A DNA stretch of 64,000 nt, taken from the IMG/VR virus record IMGVR_UViG_3300042484_001385, positions 4,836 through 68,835 of that record; one strand, 5' to 3'. Source of the DNA: a virus. Shown here piece after piece: positions 49,622 to 59,121 of the stretch (its first letter is position 1; every line of letters begins with the position of its first letter). The translations under genes were made by a program, and so were the position numbers. The notes beneath the pieces are model-generated. The model made no database searches. It was not told where the DNA came from and saw only the letters and a program-made list of their open reading frames with translations.

Positions 49622-51622
49622 ATGGCAACAGTAAATAAAGATTTTAAAATTAAGAGTGGTTTAATCGTTGAAGGTTCATCAGCAACCGTTGGCGGATTTG
49701 ACATTCTTACAAAGAAGCAAACAGATACAGACTACATTGTTAGTCTTGCTGGAGGAGGAGCAACATCTGCTAATGAAGTAAATAAGGTTGTAAAGCGTGA
49801 TGGCTCAGGAAACTTTGCTGCTGGAACAATTACAGCAAACCTAACAGGTAACGTAACTGGTAATTTAACTGGTAATGCAGATACAGCAACAGTACTTGAT
49901 ACAGCAAGAACTATTGCTGGTCAATCATTTGATGGTAGTGCTAACATTAGCATTGCTCCAACAGACCTAACAGGAGTAACTGCTACAGCAGCAGAAATTA
50001 ATCTTCTTGATGGTGTAACAGCAACTACAGAAGAATTAAATATTCTTGATGGAGTAACTGCATCTGCAGGAGAACTTAACATTCTTGATGGTGCAACACT
50101 TTCAACAGCAGAATTGAATATTCTTGATGGTGTAACAGCGACAGCATCAGAACTTAACATTCTTGATGGTGCAACACTTTCAACGGCAGAACTTAACTAC
50201 GTAGACGGAGTAACATCTGCAATTCAAACACAGATTGACACTAAGGCACCAACAGCCTCACCAACATTTACAGGTACAGTTTCAGGTATTACAAAGGCAA
50301 TGGTTGATCTTGGAAACGTAGACAATACATCTGATGCTAACAAGCCAGTTTCAACCGCTACTCAAACAGCGCTTGACCTAAAGGCTCCACTTGCTTCACC
50401 TGCATTAACTGGTACACCAACTGCTCCTACAGCAACTGCGGGAACAAATACAACACAGGTAGCAACAACAGCGTTCGTAGGAACAGCAGTAGCAAACCTT
50501 GTAGATTCTGCACCAGCACTTCTTGACACACTCAACGAATTGGCAGCAGCAATTGGAGATAACCCAAACTATGCAACAGATCTTGCTGCATCAGTAGGAC
50601 TAAAAGCAAATATTGATTCTCCAACATTTACAGGTACAGTAACACTTCCTGCAAATACAATCACTCAGACAATGATGAGCGATGACTCAGTTGGAACTAA
50701 TGAAATTGGTGGACTTGCAGTAACAAATGCAAAGATTGCAGACTTAACAATAACAGATGCAAAAATTTCTGCAACAGCAGCAATTGCTCAGTCTAAGATT
50801 GCAAACTTAACTACAGACCTTGCAGATAAGGCTCCACTTGCATCACCAGCACTTACTGGTGTCCCAACAGCCCCAACCGCTGCAGCAAATACTGACACAA
50901 CTCAGATTGCTACAACAGCATTTGCTAAAGCAGAGGCTGACGCAGCACAATCAGCAGCAGAGGCTACAGCATCAGCAGATGCTACTTCAAAGGCAAATGC
51001 AGCACAAGCAGCAGCAATTGCACACGCAGATGCACTTACAACATCTGATGTAGCAGAAGGAACAGCACAGTACTTCACAGATGCTCGTGCCAAGTCTTCA
51101 GCAGCAAGTCTTTTGACTGGTGCAACGCTTACAAACATCACAATTACAGGTTCAGGTTCAGGACTCACTATTACCGCAGAAAACGGTGTAGCAGATTCTA
51201 CAACAACTAACCTTGCAGAAGGTACAAATCTTTACTTCACAGATGCTCGTGCACGTGCTGCGGTAGATGGAACAACTCGTTCGTTTACAGCAGTTGAGAT
51301 TGACTCAGTTGCTAAGCAGGTTGCAGCAACTCTTGAAGCAGCAACAGCAGGAGTTCAGACAGCCCACGCTTTCGCAAAGGCCGATTATCGTTCAGCAGAA
51401 TATCTTGTAAAGGTTGCCAATGGAAATCATACAGATATTTCAAAGGTACTTTTAACACTTGATTCTTCAGATAACATTGCAATCACTGAATACGGAATGG
51501 TCTCAACAGGGTCATCTCTTGGATCAGTTTCAGCATCAATCTCAGGAGCAAACGTACAACTTCTAGTAACAACTGCCAACAATACTTCAGTAGTAACTGT
51601 TGTCGGAACATTGCTTAAGTAA
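49622..51622 (+). CDS. Long tail fibre protein
   Basis: ELNILDG 13-aa repeats, APLASPALTGTPTAPT, TLNELAAAIG and LAEGTNLYFTDARAR modules. Confidence 0.8.
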   Translation: MATVNKDFKIKSGLIVEGSSATVGGFDILTKKQTDTDYIVSLAGGGATSANEVNKVVKRDGSGNFAAGTITANLTGNVTGNLTGNADTATVLDTARTIAGQSFDGSANISIAPTDLTGVTATAAEINLLDGVTATTEELNILDGVTASAGELNILDGATLSTAELNILDGVTATASELNILDGATLSTAELNYVDGVTSAIQTQIDTKAPTASPTFTGTVSGITKAMVDLGNVDNTSDANKPVSTATQTALDLKAPLASPALTGTPTAPTATAGTNTTQVATTAFVGTAVANLVDSAPALLDTLNELAAAIGDNPNYATDLAASVGLKANIDSPTFTGTVTLPANTITQTMMSDDSVGTNEIGGLAVTNAKIADLTITDAKISATAAIAQSKIANLTTDLADKAPLASPALTGVPTAPTAAANTDTTQIATTAFAKAEADAAQSAAEATASADATSKANAAQAAAIAHADALTTSDVAEGTAQYFTDARAKSSAASLLTGATLTNITITGSGSGLTITAENGVADSTTTNLAEGTNLYFTDARARAAVDGTTRSFTAVEIDSVAKQVAATLEAATAGVQTAHAFAKADYRSAEYLVKVANGNHTDISKVLLTLDSSDNIAITEYGMVSTGSSLGSVSASISGANVQLLVTTANNTSVVTVVGTLLK

Positions 51623-51656
51623 TAAAAATAAAAATAGTTGGAAGAGGGAGTAGTAA

Positions 51657-52109
51657 ATGGCAACAGTCGATAAAGACTTTAAGGTCAAGAATGGACTAGT
51701 AGTAACTAACGGCGGTACATTCGGAAATGCAGTAACAGTAGGAGCACCAACTCTTGCAGGGCATGCAGCAACCAAAGAGTATGTTGATTCCTTAACAGGT
51801 ATGTCAGTATCATCAACGGCTCCCTCTTCACCAACTAATGGAAAACAGTGGTTAGACACAACAACAAACAGAATTAATTTTTATTATGATGGTTCTTGGT
51901 ATACCCAAGCAACTATTGATGATACAAATAACTTACCACAGCACATTCACGATACCGCAATTGATGGAACTGGTTTCATTGTATCTCAGTTCTATGAAGG
52001 TGGATCATTTAACAGCCCATTGGGTATAGGTTTGGATGCAGGTGGACCAGACACAACAGTTTGGACAGTTGTATTCGATGGCGGTAGCGCAACAGATAAC
52101 TTCAATTAA
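51657..52109 (+). CDS. Tail-associated protein
   Basis: N-terminus MATVDKDFKVKNGL matches 49622; AATKEYVD; APSSP..G..W.DT. Confidence 0.65.
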   Translation: MATVDKDFKVKNGLVVTNGGTFGNAVTVGAPTLAGHAATKEYVDSLTGMSVSSTAPSSPTNGKQWLDTTTNRINFYYDGSWYTQATIDDTNNLPQHIHDTAIDGTGFIVSQFYEGGSFNSPLGIGLDAGGPDTTVWTVVFDGGSATDNFN

Positions 52110-52166
52110 ATAGGGGTTATAATAAGATAAGTTAATGGGCAGCCCCCATAAAGGAGAAATAAAAAT

Positions 52167-53834
52167 ATGGCAACAAGAATGCAACAGCGCAGAGGAACTG
52201 CAGCACAATGGACGGCTGCAAACCCTGTTTTAGCAGCAGGTGAAATCGGTTTTGAAACCGACACAAGTAAGTTTAAGATGGGTAATGGCTCCTCAGCATG
52301 GTCTGCATTAACATATTTTGCTAACGCAGCCGAACTCGCAGCAATTGTTGATGGCGCACCAGGACTACTGAACACCCTTAATGAGTTAGCAGCAGCAATT
52401 GGAGACGATCCAGACTTTATTAACACAGTAGCACAAGGTTTGACTTCACACCAAAATGATTCAACCATGATACATGGAATTGCAGATACAGCAGCCTTGG
52501 CATTGTTGTCAAACGTAGAGGCAGCATCACAGTCTGCTGCTTCAGCACTATCAACACATGCTGCAGACACAACATTAATTCATGGAATTGCAGACACTGC
52601 CCTTCTTGCAACAACAGCAAATGTAGAGGCAGCAATTCAGGCTGCTTCTGGAGCACTGTCAACACATGCTGCAGACACAACATTAATTCATGGAATTGCA
52701 GACACAGCAGCACTTATAACTCAGACACAACTTACAGATGCAATTACAGGAGCAACTGTAGATCAGCAATCCCTTGCAGGAACAGGAATTGACTGGAACT
52801 CAGTTGATGAAAGATTTGATATTGATTCAACAATTGCAACAAAGACTTATGCCGACAACGCAGTAACAACCCATAATTCTGATACAACAAATGTTCATGG
52901 TATTGATAACACAGCAGATCTTGCTACAAAGTCATATGCTGATACAGCAGAAGCAGATGCAATTACAGCAGCAGGCACAGCAGCAGACTCTAAGGTTGCA
53001 GCAGCAGTTGCAGCACTTACAAAGTCTTCAGTAGGCCTTGCAAATGTTGATAACACTTCAGATGCTAACAAACCAGTTTCAACTGCTACTCAAACAGCAC
53101 TTGACCTAAAGGCTCCAAAGTCTACACCAACATTTACTGGAACAGTTACAGCATCAAACGATCTTGTTGTTGATGGTAACTTAACTGTAAATGGTACAAC
53201 ATTTAACGCATCATCAACATCTATTACAATCGAAGACAACCTTGTGCAACTTGCTCACCAAAATGCAGCAAATACAGTTGATCTTGGTATAGTAGTTGGA
53301 TACAATGATGGTTCAGCAAAGCATGCAGGTTTTGTAAGAGACGTGTCTGATGCTAAATGGAAGTTGTTTAAGGGAGTAACAACAGAGCCTTCAACAACAG
53401 TAGACTTTACAGAAGGCTCACTTGATGATCTTAAGGTTGCAGCATTTGAGGCAACAACAGTAACTCCTTCATCTGGTGTGGTTTTCTCAGATGGTACACA
53501 GACAAAAGAAGGCGTTCCTTCAAGAACTCCTATCGTTCAAAAGACAGCCTCATATGCACTTTCAACACTAACACATAGAGACTCAATGATTGAGGTTGAT
53601 TCTACATCAGCAACAACCTTGACAATCCCACTAGATTCAACAGTAGACTATCCAATTGGAACAACTATTGATATTCTTCAGACTAATACAGGACAGGTTA
53701 CAATCGCACCAGTTTCTGGTTCAGTTACAGTAAATGCAACACCAGGTCTAAAGTTGAGAACCAGATGGTCTTCTGCAACTCTTATGAAGAGAGCAGCAAA
53801 CACATGGGTTGTCTACGGCGACTTGACAGCGTAA
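52167..53834 (+). CDS. Tail fibre protein with Mtd/hyaluronidase-type N-terminal domain
   Basis: QQRRGTAAQW..ANPVLAAGEIGFETDT..KMGNG..W..L.Y; HGIADT repeats; C-terminal ..W.V.GDL. Confidence 0.8.
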   Translation: MATRMQQRRGTAAQWTAANPVLAAGEIGFETDTSKFKMGNGSSAWSALTYFANAAELAAIVDGAPGLLNTLNELAAAIGDDPDFINTVAQGLTSHQNDSTMIHGIADTAALALLSNVEAASQSAASALSTHAADTTLIHGIADTALLATTANVEAAIQAASGALSTHAADTTLIHGIADTAALITQTQLTDAITGATVDQQSLAGTGIDWNSVDERFDIDSTIATKTYADNAVTTHNSDTTNVHGIDNTADLATKSYADTAEADAITAAGTAADSKVAAAVAALTKSSVGLANVDNTSDANKPVSTATQTALDLKAPKSTPTFTGTVTASNDLVVDGNLTVNGTTFNASSTSITIEDNLVQLAHQNAANTVDLGIVVGYNDGSAKHAGFVRDVSDAKWKLFKGVTTEPSTTVDFTEGSLDDLKVAAFEATTVTPSSGVVFSDGTQTKEGVPSRTPIVQKTASYALSTLTHRDSMIEVDSTSATTLTIPLDSTVDYPIGTTIDILQTNTGQVTIAPVSGSVTVNATPGLKLRTRWSSATLMKRAANTWVVYGDLTA

Positions 53835-53866
53835 TAAAAAATTCAATAAGAAATTAGGAGATAGAC

Positions 53867-54805
53867 ATGGCAGCAGGTAAGAAGACAGGTAGAAAGTCCC
53901 AAGCGTCAAATGACTTTTTGGAGCCTTTAGCACCAACAGGTGTAAGTGCAACAAACGTTGGAACAGGAAGGGCTTATAACGATGGAGCAGCAACTGTTTC
54001 ATTCTCTTTACCAGAACTTTCTCCTGCTGCTACCTCTTTTACAGTAACAGCAAGCACAGGTCAGACTGGAACTGGAGCATCCTCTCCAGTCACAGTTACT
54101 GGCATTCCTGTTAATGCTTCTGTAACATTTACAGTAACAGCAACTAATGCTGCAGGAACTTCTGCTGCATCATCTGCCTCTTCTGCAATTGCTATTACAA
54201 CAAGACCACAAACTCCTCAGTCAGTATCTGCATCTACAGTTTCTGCAAATGTTAACAGAATTAGTTGGACTCCTGGAGCCAGCGGAGGCAGTGCGATTAC
54301 ATCTTATACAATTACTGGTTCTGACGGAACAAGTTATACTGGTATTTCAGGATCAGCATCATCTTATGATGCAGCAGATAGCACACCTTCTGGAACTTCT
54401 CCAGGAGCACAGACTTACACTATTGTTGCTATCACTGCTGTAGGAACTTCTGATTCAGCAACAACAGGTACTGTTACTACTATTGCACCATTCTTCCCGC
54501 CATTTTTCCCACCATTCTTTCCATTCTTCCCACCATTTTTCCCACCGTTCTTCCCGTTCTTCCCACCGTTCTTCCCGTTCTTCCCGTTCTTCCCGTTCTT
54601 CCCACCGTTCTTCCCGTTCTTCCCGTTCTTCCCACCGTTCTTCCCGTTCTTCCCGTTCTTCCCGTTCTTCCCACCGTTCTTCCCGTTCTTCCCGTTCTTC
54701 CCACCGTTCTTCCCACCATCTTTTGGTCCTAACTTCTCTGCAGTATGTGGCCAGCCAGCATGTGGTGGAGGTTGCTTCGGAGGTTGTAACAACTGCTTCT
54801 GCTAA
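53867..54805 (+). CDS. Fibronectin type III protein with 77-aa Pro/Phe repeat and Cys-rich C-terminus
   Basis: Two FN3-like domains (APTGVSAT..FTVTATNAAGTS; PQTPQSV..ISWTPG..ITSYTI); (P)PFF x22; ends CGQPACGGGCFGGCNNCFC. Confidence 0.8.
   Translation: MAAGKKTGRKSQASNDFLEPLAPTGVSATNVGTGRAYNDGAATVSFSLPELSPAATSFTVTASTGQTGTGASSPVTVTGIPVNASVTFTVTATNAAGTSAASSASSAIAITTRPQTPQSVSASTVSANVNRISWTPGASGGSAITSYTITGSDGTSYTGISGSASSYDAADSTPSGTSPGAQTYTIVAITAVGTSDSATTGTVTTIAPFFPPFFPPFFPFFPPFFPPFFPFFPPFFPFFPFFPFFPPFFPFFPFFPPFFPFFPFFPFFPPFFPFFPFFPPFFPPSFGPNFSAVCGQPACGGGCFGGCNNCFC
54488..54718 (+). repeat. Coding 9/12-nt tandem repeat (ccgttcttc / ccaccgttcttc) encoding PFF/PPFF
   Basis: 231 nt encoding only Pro and Phe. 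Confidence 0.95.
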
Positions 54806-54860
54806 TGAAACAGTATTGCATAATCTATATGATACAATTAAGTTATAAAAAGGAGATAAA

Positions 54861-55289
54861 ATGAATGCTGCACTACTTGTAAAAAAATCTAACAATGAGT
54901 GGGAGGTTGTTGAAAAATATAACCTTCCTGCTGAAATGTATGATAACTTTATAGAAATATATCAAGGTCCAAACCCAATAGTTGGAATGCCAACAGAGGG
55001 ACATATTAATGAGGCATTCACAGGTGCCACATGGAATGGATCATCTTTTTCTGGTGGAGTTAAACCAGCATGGATGACTGATGATTTAGATATGGACCCT
55101 TTTAGAACATATGTTCTTCTTTCAGATAACCTTGTGTTTATGACACTCTCTAGCATAGTAAATACCGTAGTTCAAGAAAAAATGGATGCAGTATTTGCAT
55201 CAGAAGTAACACTCGTTCCAATTCTTCCTGGACAAGAAGCAAAAATTGGTAATATTTGGAACGGTAGCGAATTCTTAGAGAGTCTCTAG
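54861..55289 (+). CDS. Hypothetical protein, paralog of 44882-45295
   Basis: GATWNGSSFSGG..FASEVT..PGQEAKIGNIWNG. Confidence 0.7.
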   Translation: MNAALLVKKSNNEWEVVEKYNLPAEMYDNFIEIYQGPNPIVGMPTEGHINEAFTGATWNGSSFSGGVKPAWMTDDLDMDPFRTYVLLSDNLVFMTLSSIVNTVVQEKMDAVFASEVTLVPILPGQEAKIGNIWNGSEFLESL

Positions 55290-55290
55290 A

Positions 55291-55533
55291 ATGTCAGCCT
55301 GGGAAGAATGGAAAAAAAACCTTGGCGATTCAAGGATTTGGCATTTATTAGATCCTGAAAAAACTATACAAGATCAAGAAATAATTAACAAAAGAATGGA
55401 AATTTGTAGGGCCTGTGATTTTTTTATTCCTTTAACTCAGCAATGTAAGAAATGCGGATGTGTCATGACATTTAAAACTAAATTAGCAGGAGCAGGTTGT
55501 CCCATAAATAAGTGGGCACCTCACAATGACTAA
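55291..55533 (+). CDS. Cys-rich small protein (DUF6171-like)
   Basis: MSAWEEWKK..RMEICRAC..QCKKCGCVM.FKTKL..CPINKW. Confidence 0.75.
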   Translation: MSAWEEWKKNLGDSRIWHLLDPEKTIQDQEIINKRMEICRACDFFIPLTQQCKKCGCVMTFKTKLAGAGCPINKWAPHND

Positions 55534-55554
55534 AAACATAGAAAAGGTACAACG

Positions 55555-56268
55555 ATGACAGTTTATGATGAAAACGAAACACCATGGTTTACTAAAGATA
55601 GATCAGAGACTACAATAAATAGGTATCCGTCAAAAACTATTGGCAACAATATATTAGTTGAAAATCCAGCATTAGGAATTAACTTGTATAGAAATGTATT
55701 TTCAAAGGAAGACTCTGAAAGATATATCAAAATCCTTGAGTCAAATTTAGGAGGTAACGGAAAATATAAATGGTCAGAAGCAAAGGTAACAAATTCTGAT
55801 GTTCCAATTAAAAAGGCTAGAGATGCTGTAGATTTTAGATTTAAGCAAGAAAATTTAGGACCAAGGGATGAGCATAATTCTGAACTTTTAGATTTGCACG
55901 AAGAGATCTATCAAAAATTAAAATTTTGTGTTGACGATTATGCACGTTACTGGGGTATTAACGTTGTATATTATGAGGCCTTTAACTTTGTAAAGTATGA
56001 AGGAAAAGGAACACACTTTAATATTCATGCTGATCATGGCCCAATGTACAACTGTACAGTATCTGCTGTTATTTATATAAACGAAGATTACGAGGGTGGA
56101 GAGATTAAGTTTCCAAGAATGGACAACTACACACATAGTCCAAAAATAGGAGACATCGTTCTTTGCCCATCAAACTATATCTATGAGCATGCTTCATTGC
56201 CTATGAAAGAGGGAACAAAGTATTGTGTTGTCGTAATGACAGACATTAATGAACTAGGACACAAGTAG
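55555..56268 (+). CDS. 2OG-Fe(II) oxygenase, prolyl-4-hydroxylase-like
   Basis: HADH, SAVIYINEDYEGGE, YEH and GTKY. Confidence 0.9.
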   Translation: MTVYDENETPWFTKDRSETTINRYPSKTIGNNILVENPALGINLYRNVFSKEDSERYIKILESNLGGNGKYKWSEAKVTNSDVPIKKARDAVDFRFKQENLGPRDEHNSELLDLHEEIYQKLKFCVDDYARYWGINVVYYEAFNFVKYEGKGTHFNIHADHGPMYNCTVSAVIYINEDYEGGEIKFPRMDNYTHSPKIGDIVLCPSNYIYEHASLPMKEGTKYCVVVMTDINELGHK

Positions 56269-57035
56269 TGTCTCTAGTTGCTAAGTTCAGATCACTTAGG
56301 CCCTGGATAAACAAAGAAAGCATTTCTGTTCCAGTTCCAACCCAAAAAGAAATTCCAGATTGGTATAAAGACGCAGACAGGTTTGCAAAAATGCCAAACG
56401 GTGAGTACTATAAGGCACCAAAAGAGGTTTGCCCATTTCCTAAAGAAGGCACAACTGATGATTATGGAAAGATACCTACATGGAAAGCGTGTCCTGCTAT
56501 TATGGATGCCTTTTCAACTGGCTATGTTTTTAAAACCCCATGTGATCTAAAATTTGCCAAAAATTCTCAAGGAATAATTAATGTCACAATTGACGACCCT
56601 AACTATAAAGACTTTTGTACTCAAAGACCTCCTATGCCACAGTTTGAGCATCCTAAAGGATACTATCAGTACCACTTTGCTTGGAGTTCTCCATGGGGTT
56701 TAGAGTTACCAGAAGGATACAGTGCACTCTTTATGACACCAATGAATCGGTATGACCTTCCTTTTCTAAATACAACTGGAGTTGTAGATTCTGATAAGGT
56801 TCATCTTCTTGGAAGTTTTCCATTTTTTATTATAGAGGGTTGGGAAGGAACCCTTCCTGCTGGAACTCCCTATATGCAGGTGCTTCCATTTAAAAGAGAA
56901 AATTGGGAACACGAGATAGAAATTTTAGGACAGTCTGATATATATGGTAAAATGGTAGATAACGCAAATTTCTATCGGCAACCTGATGGAGGAGTGTATA
57001 TTAAAAAAGTTTGGTCCCGCAGAGAATATAAATAG
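56268..57035 (+). CDS. DUF6065-related (dUTPase-fold-like) protein
   Basis: KACPAI.DAFSTGY, PWG..PEGYS.L...PMN, GVVDSD and GTPYMQVLPFKRE. Confidence 0.55.
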   Translation: MSLVAKFRSLRPWINKESISVPVPTQKEIPDWYKDADRFAKMPNGEYYKAPKEVCPFPKEGTTDDYGKIPTWKACPAIMDAFSTGYVFKTPCDLKFAKNSQGIINVTIDDPNYKDFCTQRPPMPQFEHPKGYYQYHFAWSSPWGLELPEGYSALFMTPMNRYDLPFLNTTGVVDSDKVHLLGSFPFFIIEGWEGTLPAGTPYMQVLPFKRENWEHEIEILGQSDIYGKMVDNANFYRQPDGGVYIKKVWSRREYK

Positions 57036-57044
57036 GAGATAAAA

Positions 57045-57716
57045 ATGCAAACATGGACAGAAAAACAAGATCTTGGCAGTGGTATCTTTTGCTACAAAGG
57101 TGTTATTAAAAAAGAGTTTGAGGTAATTAAAAAACTTGAAGAAAATCTTGGATCAGTTGCTGGATATGGAGAACTATCTCCAGAAGGAAAACGATACCAC
57201 TGGATGCCAGCATATGTTGGATATCAAGAACTTATGCCAGACTATAGAGATTGCGTAGACTTTAAGTTTAAAAAGACAGATCTTGAATATGACAAAAGTC
57301 CTACAAGCCTAAATCTTCAAGAACTCTGGCAAGATCTGTATGATGCAAAACTACCAGCAGTTCAAGATTATTCAAAAATGTATAATATTAACAATCTTCA
57401 GTATTGGGAAGCCTTTAACTTTATTAAGTATGGTCCAGGACAGCATTTTATGGAGCATCACGACCATGGGTTTTCTTATAATTGCACAGTTTCTTTAGTT
57501 GCATATCCAAACGATGACTATGATGGCGGAGAACTATACTTTAGATTACAAAACTTAAAGATTAAACCAGAAGCAGGAGATCTTTTTATATTTCCTTCAA
57601 ACTTTATGTATGCACATCAGGCTATGCCAGTTACAGATGGTGTAAAGTATTCAATTGTAACAATGCTTGATTATAATAAAAAATACCATACTCCAGAAAT
57701 GTATGCGGGTGATTAA
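57045..57716 (+). CDS. 2OG-Fe(II) oxygenase, P4H-like
   Basis: HHDH, YPNDDYDGGE, FPSNFMYAH and GVKYS. Confidence 0.9.
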   Translation: MQTWTEKQDLGSGIFCYKGVIKKEFEVIKKLEENLGSVAGYGELSPEGKRYHWMPAYVGYQELMPDYRDCVDFKFKKTDLEYDKSPTSLNLQELWQDLYDAKLPAVQDYSKMYNINNLQYWEAFNFIKYGPGQHFMEHHDHGFSYNCTVSLVAYPNDDYDGGELYFRLQNLKIKPEAGDLFIFPSNFMYAHQAMPVTDGVKYSIVTMLDYNKKYHTPEMYAGD

Positions 57717-57718
57717 AA

Positions 57719-58447
57719 ATTTTTAACATTCAGGTTGAAAAAACTCAAGAAGCCCCATTTGATATTGCTCCAATGTCTATAAAAAGAGACTGGATGGACA
57801 GTACATCTGAAGGTCATGCCTATAGATGTTTTCCAGTAACACAATCAAATGTTATTGGCTGGAGTCTTTTTTGCAAACAAGATATAGAGTTTTTATGGAA
57901 TGGAATAAATGATCAGACATCAGACAATGTTGAAATAATCTCTGCACCAGCAGGCTCTTATGGAGGAAGAGGTCAATCCTCAATTAGTTTTAATACTGGG
58001 CTAATTTTTAGAACAGATGAAAATATTAGTCTTTTTACTATTAATCCAGTAAACTATTTTAATGATGATTTCGAGACAATATCTAATTTAATCAGTACTT
58101 CGTTTTATGACAACCCACTGCCATTAGCAATAAAATCAAAAAATCCAAATAAAAAAATAATTATTAAATCTGGAACGCCAATAGCAACAATAATTCCTAT
58201 ATCTCTTTCTGATTTAAATAATACATCTATAAAAATTATTAACTACAAAGACGAAAACAGAGAAAGAATGCTGGCTAATGTTGCATATGGAGAAGCAGCA
58301 CAAGTTGTTAATTCTTCTGGTCAGTGGACAGATTGGTATAGAGATGCTGTAAATGAAAAAGGTCAGTCTCTTGGTTCTCACGAGGTTAAAGTTTTAAGAT
58401 TGTCTGTAGATGATAATACTAAAAATAAAGAAAGTGATATAATCTAA
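57719..58447 (+). CDS. DUF6065-like protein (possible ATT start 57719; ATG at 57773)
   Basis: KRDWMD..HAYRCFPV..SN..GW; GTPIA.IIP. Confidence 0.6.
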   Translation: MFNIQVEKTQEAPFDIAPMSIKRDWMDSTSEGHAYRCFPVTQSNVIGWSLFCKQDIEFLWNGINDQTSDNVEIISAPAGSYGGRGQSSISFNTGLIFRTDENISLFTINPVNYFNDDFETISNLISTSFYDNPLPLAIKSKNPNKKIIIKSGTPIATIIPISLSDLNNTSIKIINYKDENRERMLANVAYGEAAQVVNSSGQWTDWYRDAVNEKGQSLGSHEVKVLRLSVDDNTKNKESDII

Positions 58448-58449
58448 TT

Positions 58450-59121
58450 ATGAATAATGAAGATAATGTTGTATTTAGAAAACCATCAATGACTCCATCT
58501 GGCTGGTTTGGTAACAGCAAAGATATGATTGTTGAGTTAGAAAATTTTATGACTGAACAAGAAATAGAGTTTTTAGAAAAGGCTGCAAAGTCTTTAACCA
58601 TTTGGGATGTAACACAAAGCCATGTCAACGAAAATGGAACTGTAGTGTATGACTCTGAATATTGGAAAGACAGAGTAGCCACTAGCCCAACTTTAGATAA
58701 AAATGATCCAACAATTGCTCCAGTAATTGCAGGATTGTTTCAAAGACTTAAGCCAATTGTTGAAGAGTTTTATAAGGTAAAGGTTACCCCTACTGGCACA
58801 ACTATTGTTAGATGGCTCCCAGGGCAGTTTCAGAAGCCTCATGCAGACAAAGAACTACATGAAGGACCAGATGCTGGACTTCCAAATGACTTTCCAAACT
58901 ATGATCTTTCAAGCCTATTTTATTTAAATGAAGACTACGAAGGTGGAGAGTTATACTTCCCATTGCAAGGTGTTCAGTTTAAGCCAAAGAAAGGTGCTGC
59001 TTATTTTTTTCCAGGGGATATGAATTACGTTCATGGAGTAACAGAGATTAAGAGTGGGATTAGATATACTTGCCCATTCTTCTGGGAAATTACAGAGCAC
59101 ACAGGAGACAGAAAGCCATGA
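58450..59121 (+). CDS. 2OG-Fe(II) oxygenase, P4H-like
   Basis: PHADK, YLNEDYEGGELYFP, YVHGV and GIRYT. Confidence 0.9.
   Translation: MNNEDNVVFRKPSMTPSGWFGNSKDMIVELENFMTEQEIEFLEKAAKSLTIWDVTQSHVNENGTVVYDSEYWKDRVATSPTLDKNDPTIAPVIAGLFQRLKPIVEEFYKVKVTPTGTTIVRWLPGQFQKPHADKELHEGPDAGLPNDFPNYDLSSLFYLNEDYEGGELYFPLQGVQFKPKKGAAYFFPGDMNYVHGVTEIKSGIRYTCPFFWEITEHTGDRKP

Noticed and set aside
52167-53834. Diversity-generating retroelement suggested by the Mtd-like N-terminus
   Set aside because: No reverse transcriptase and no TR/VR pair with adenine-specific mismatches seen in the window
43948-54718. Possible CRISPR array
   Set aside because: Repeats are contiguous 6-12-nt coding units without unique spacers; no cas genes seen
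54415-54895. ORFs with GKN, REE, GRT and SSR repeats in other frames or strands
   Set aside because: They are shadows of the PFF tandem repeat, which lacks stops in several frames; only the + frame has FN3 domains and an RBS
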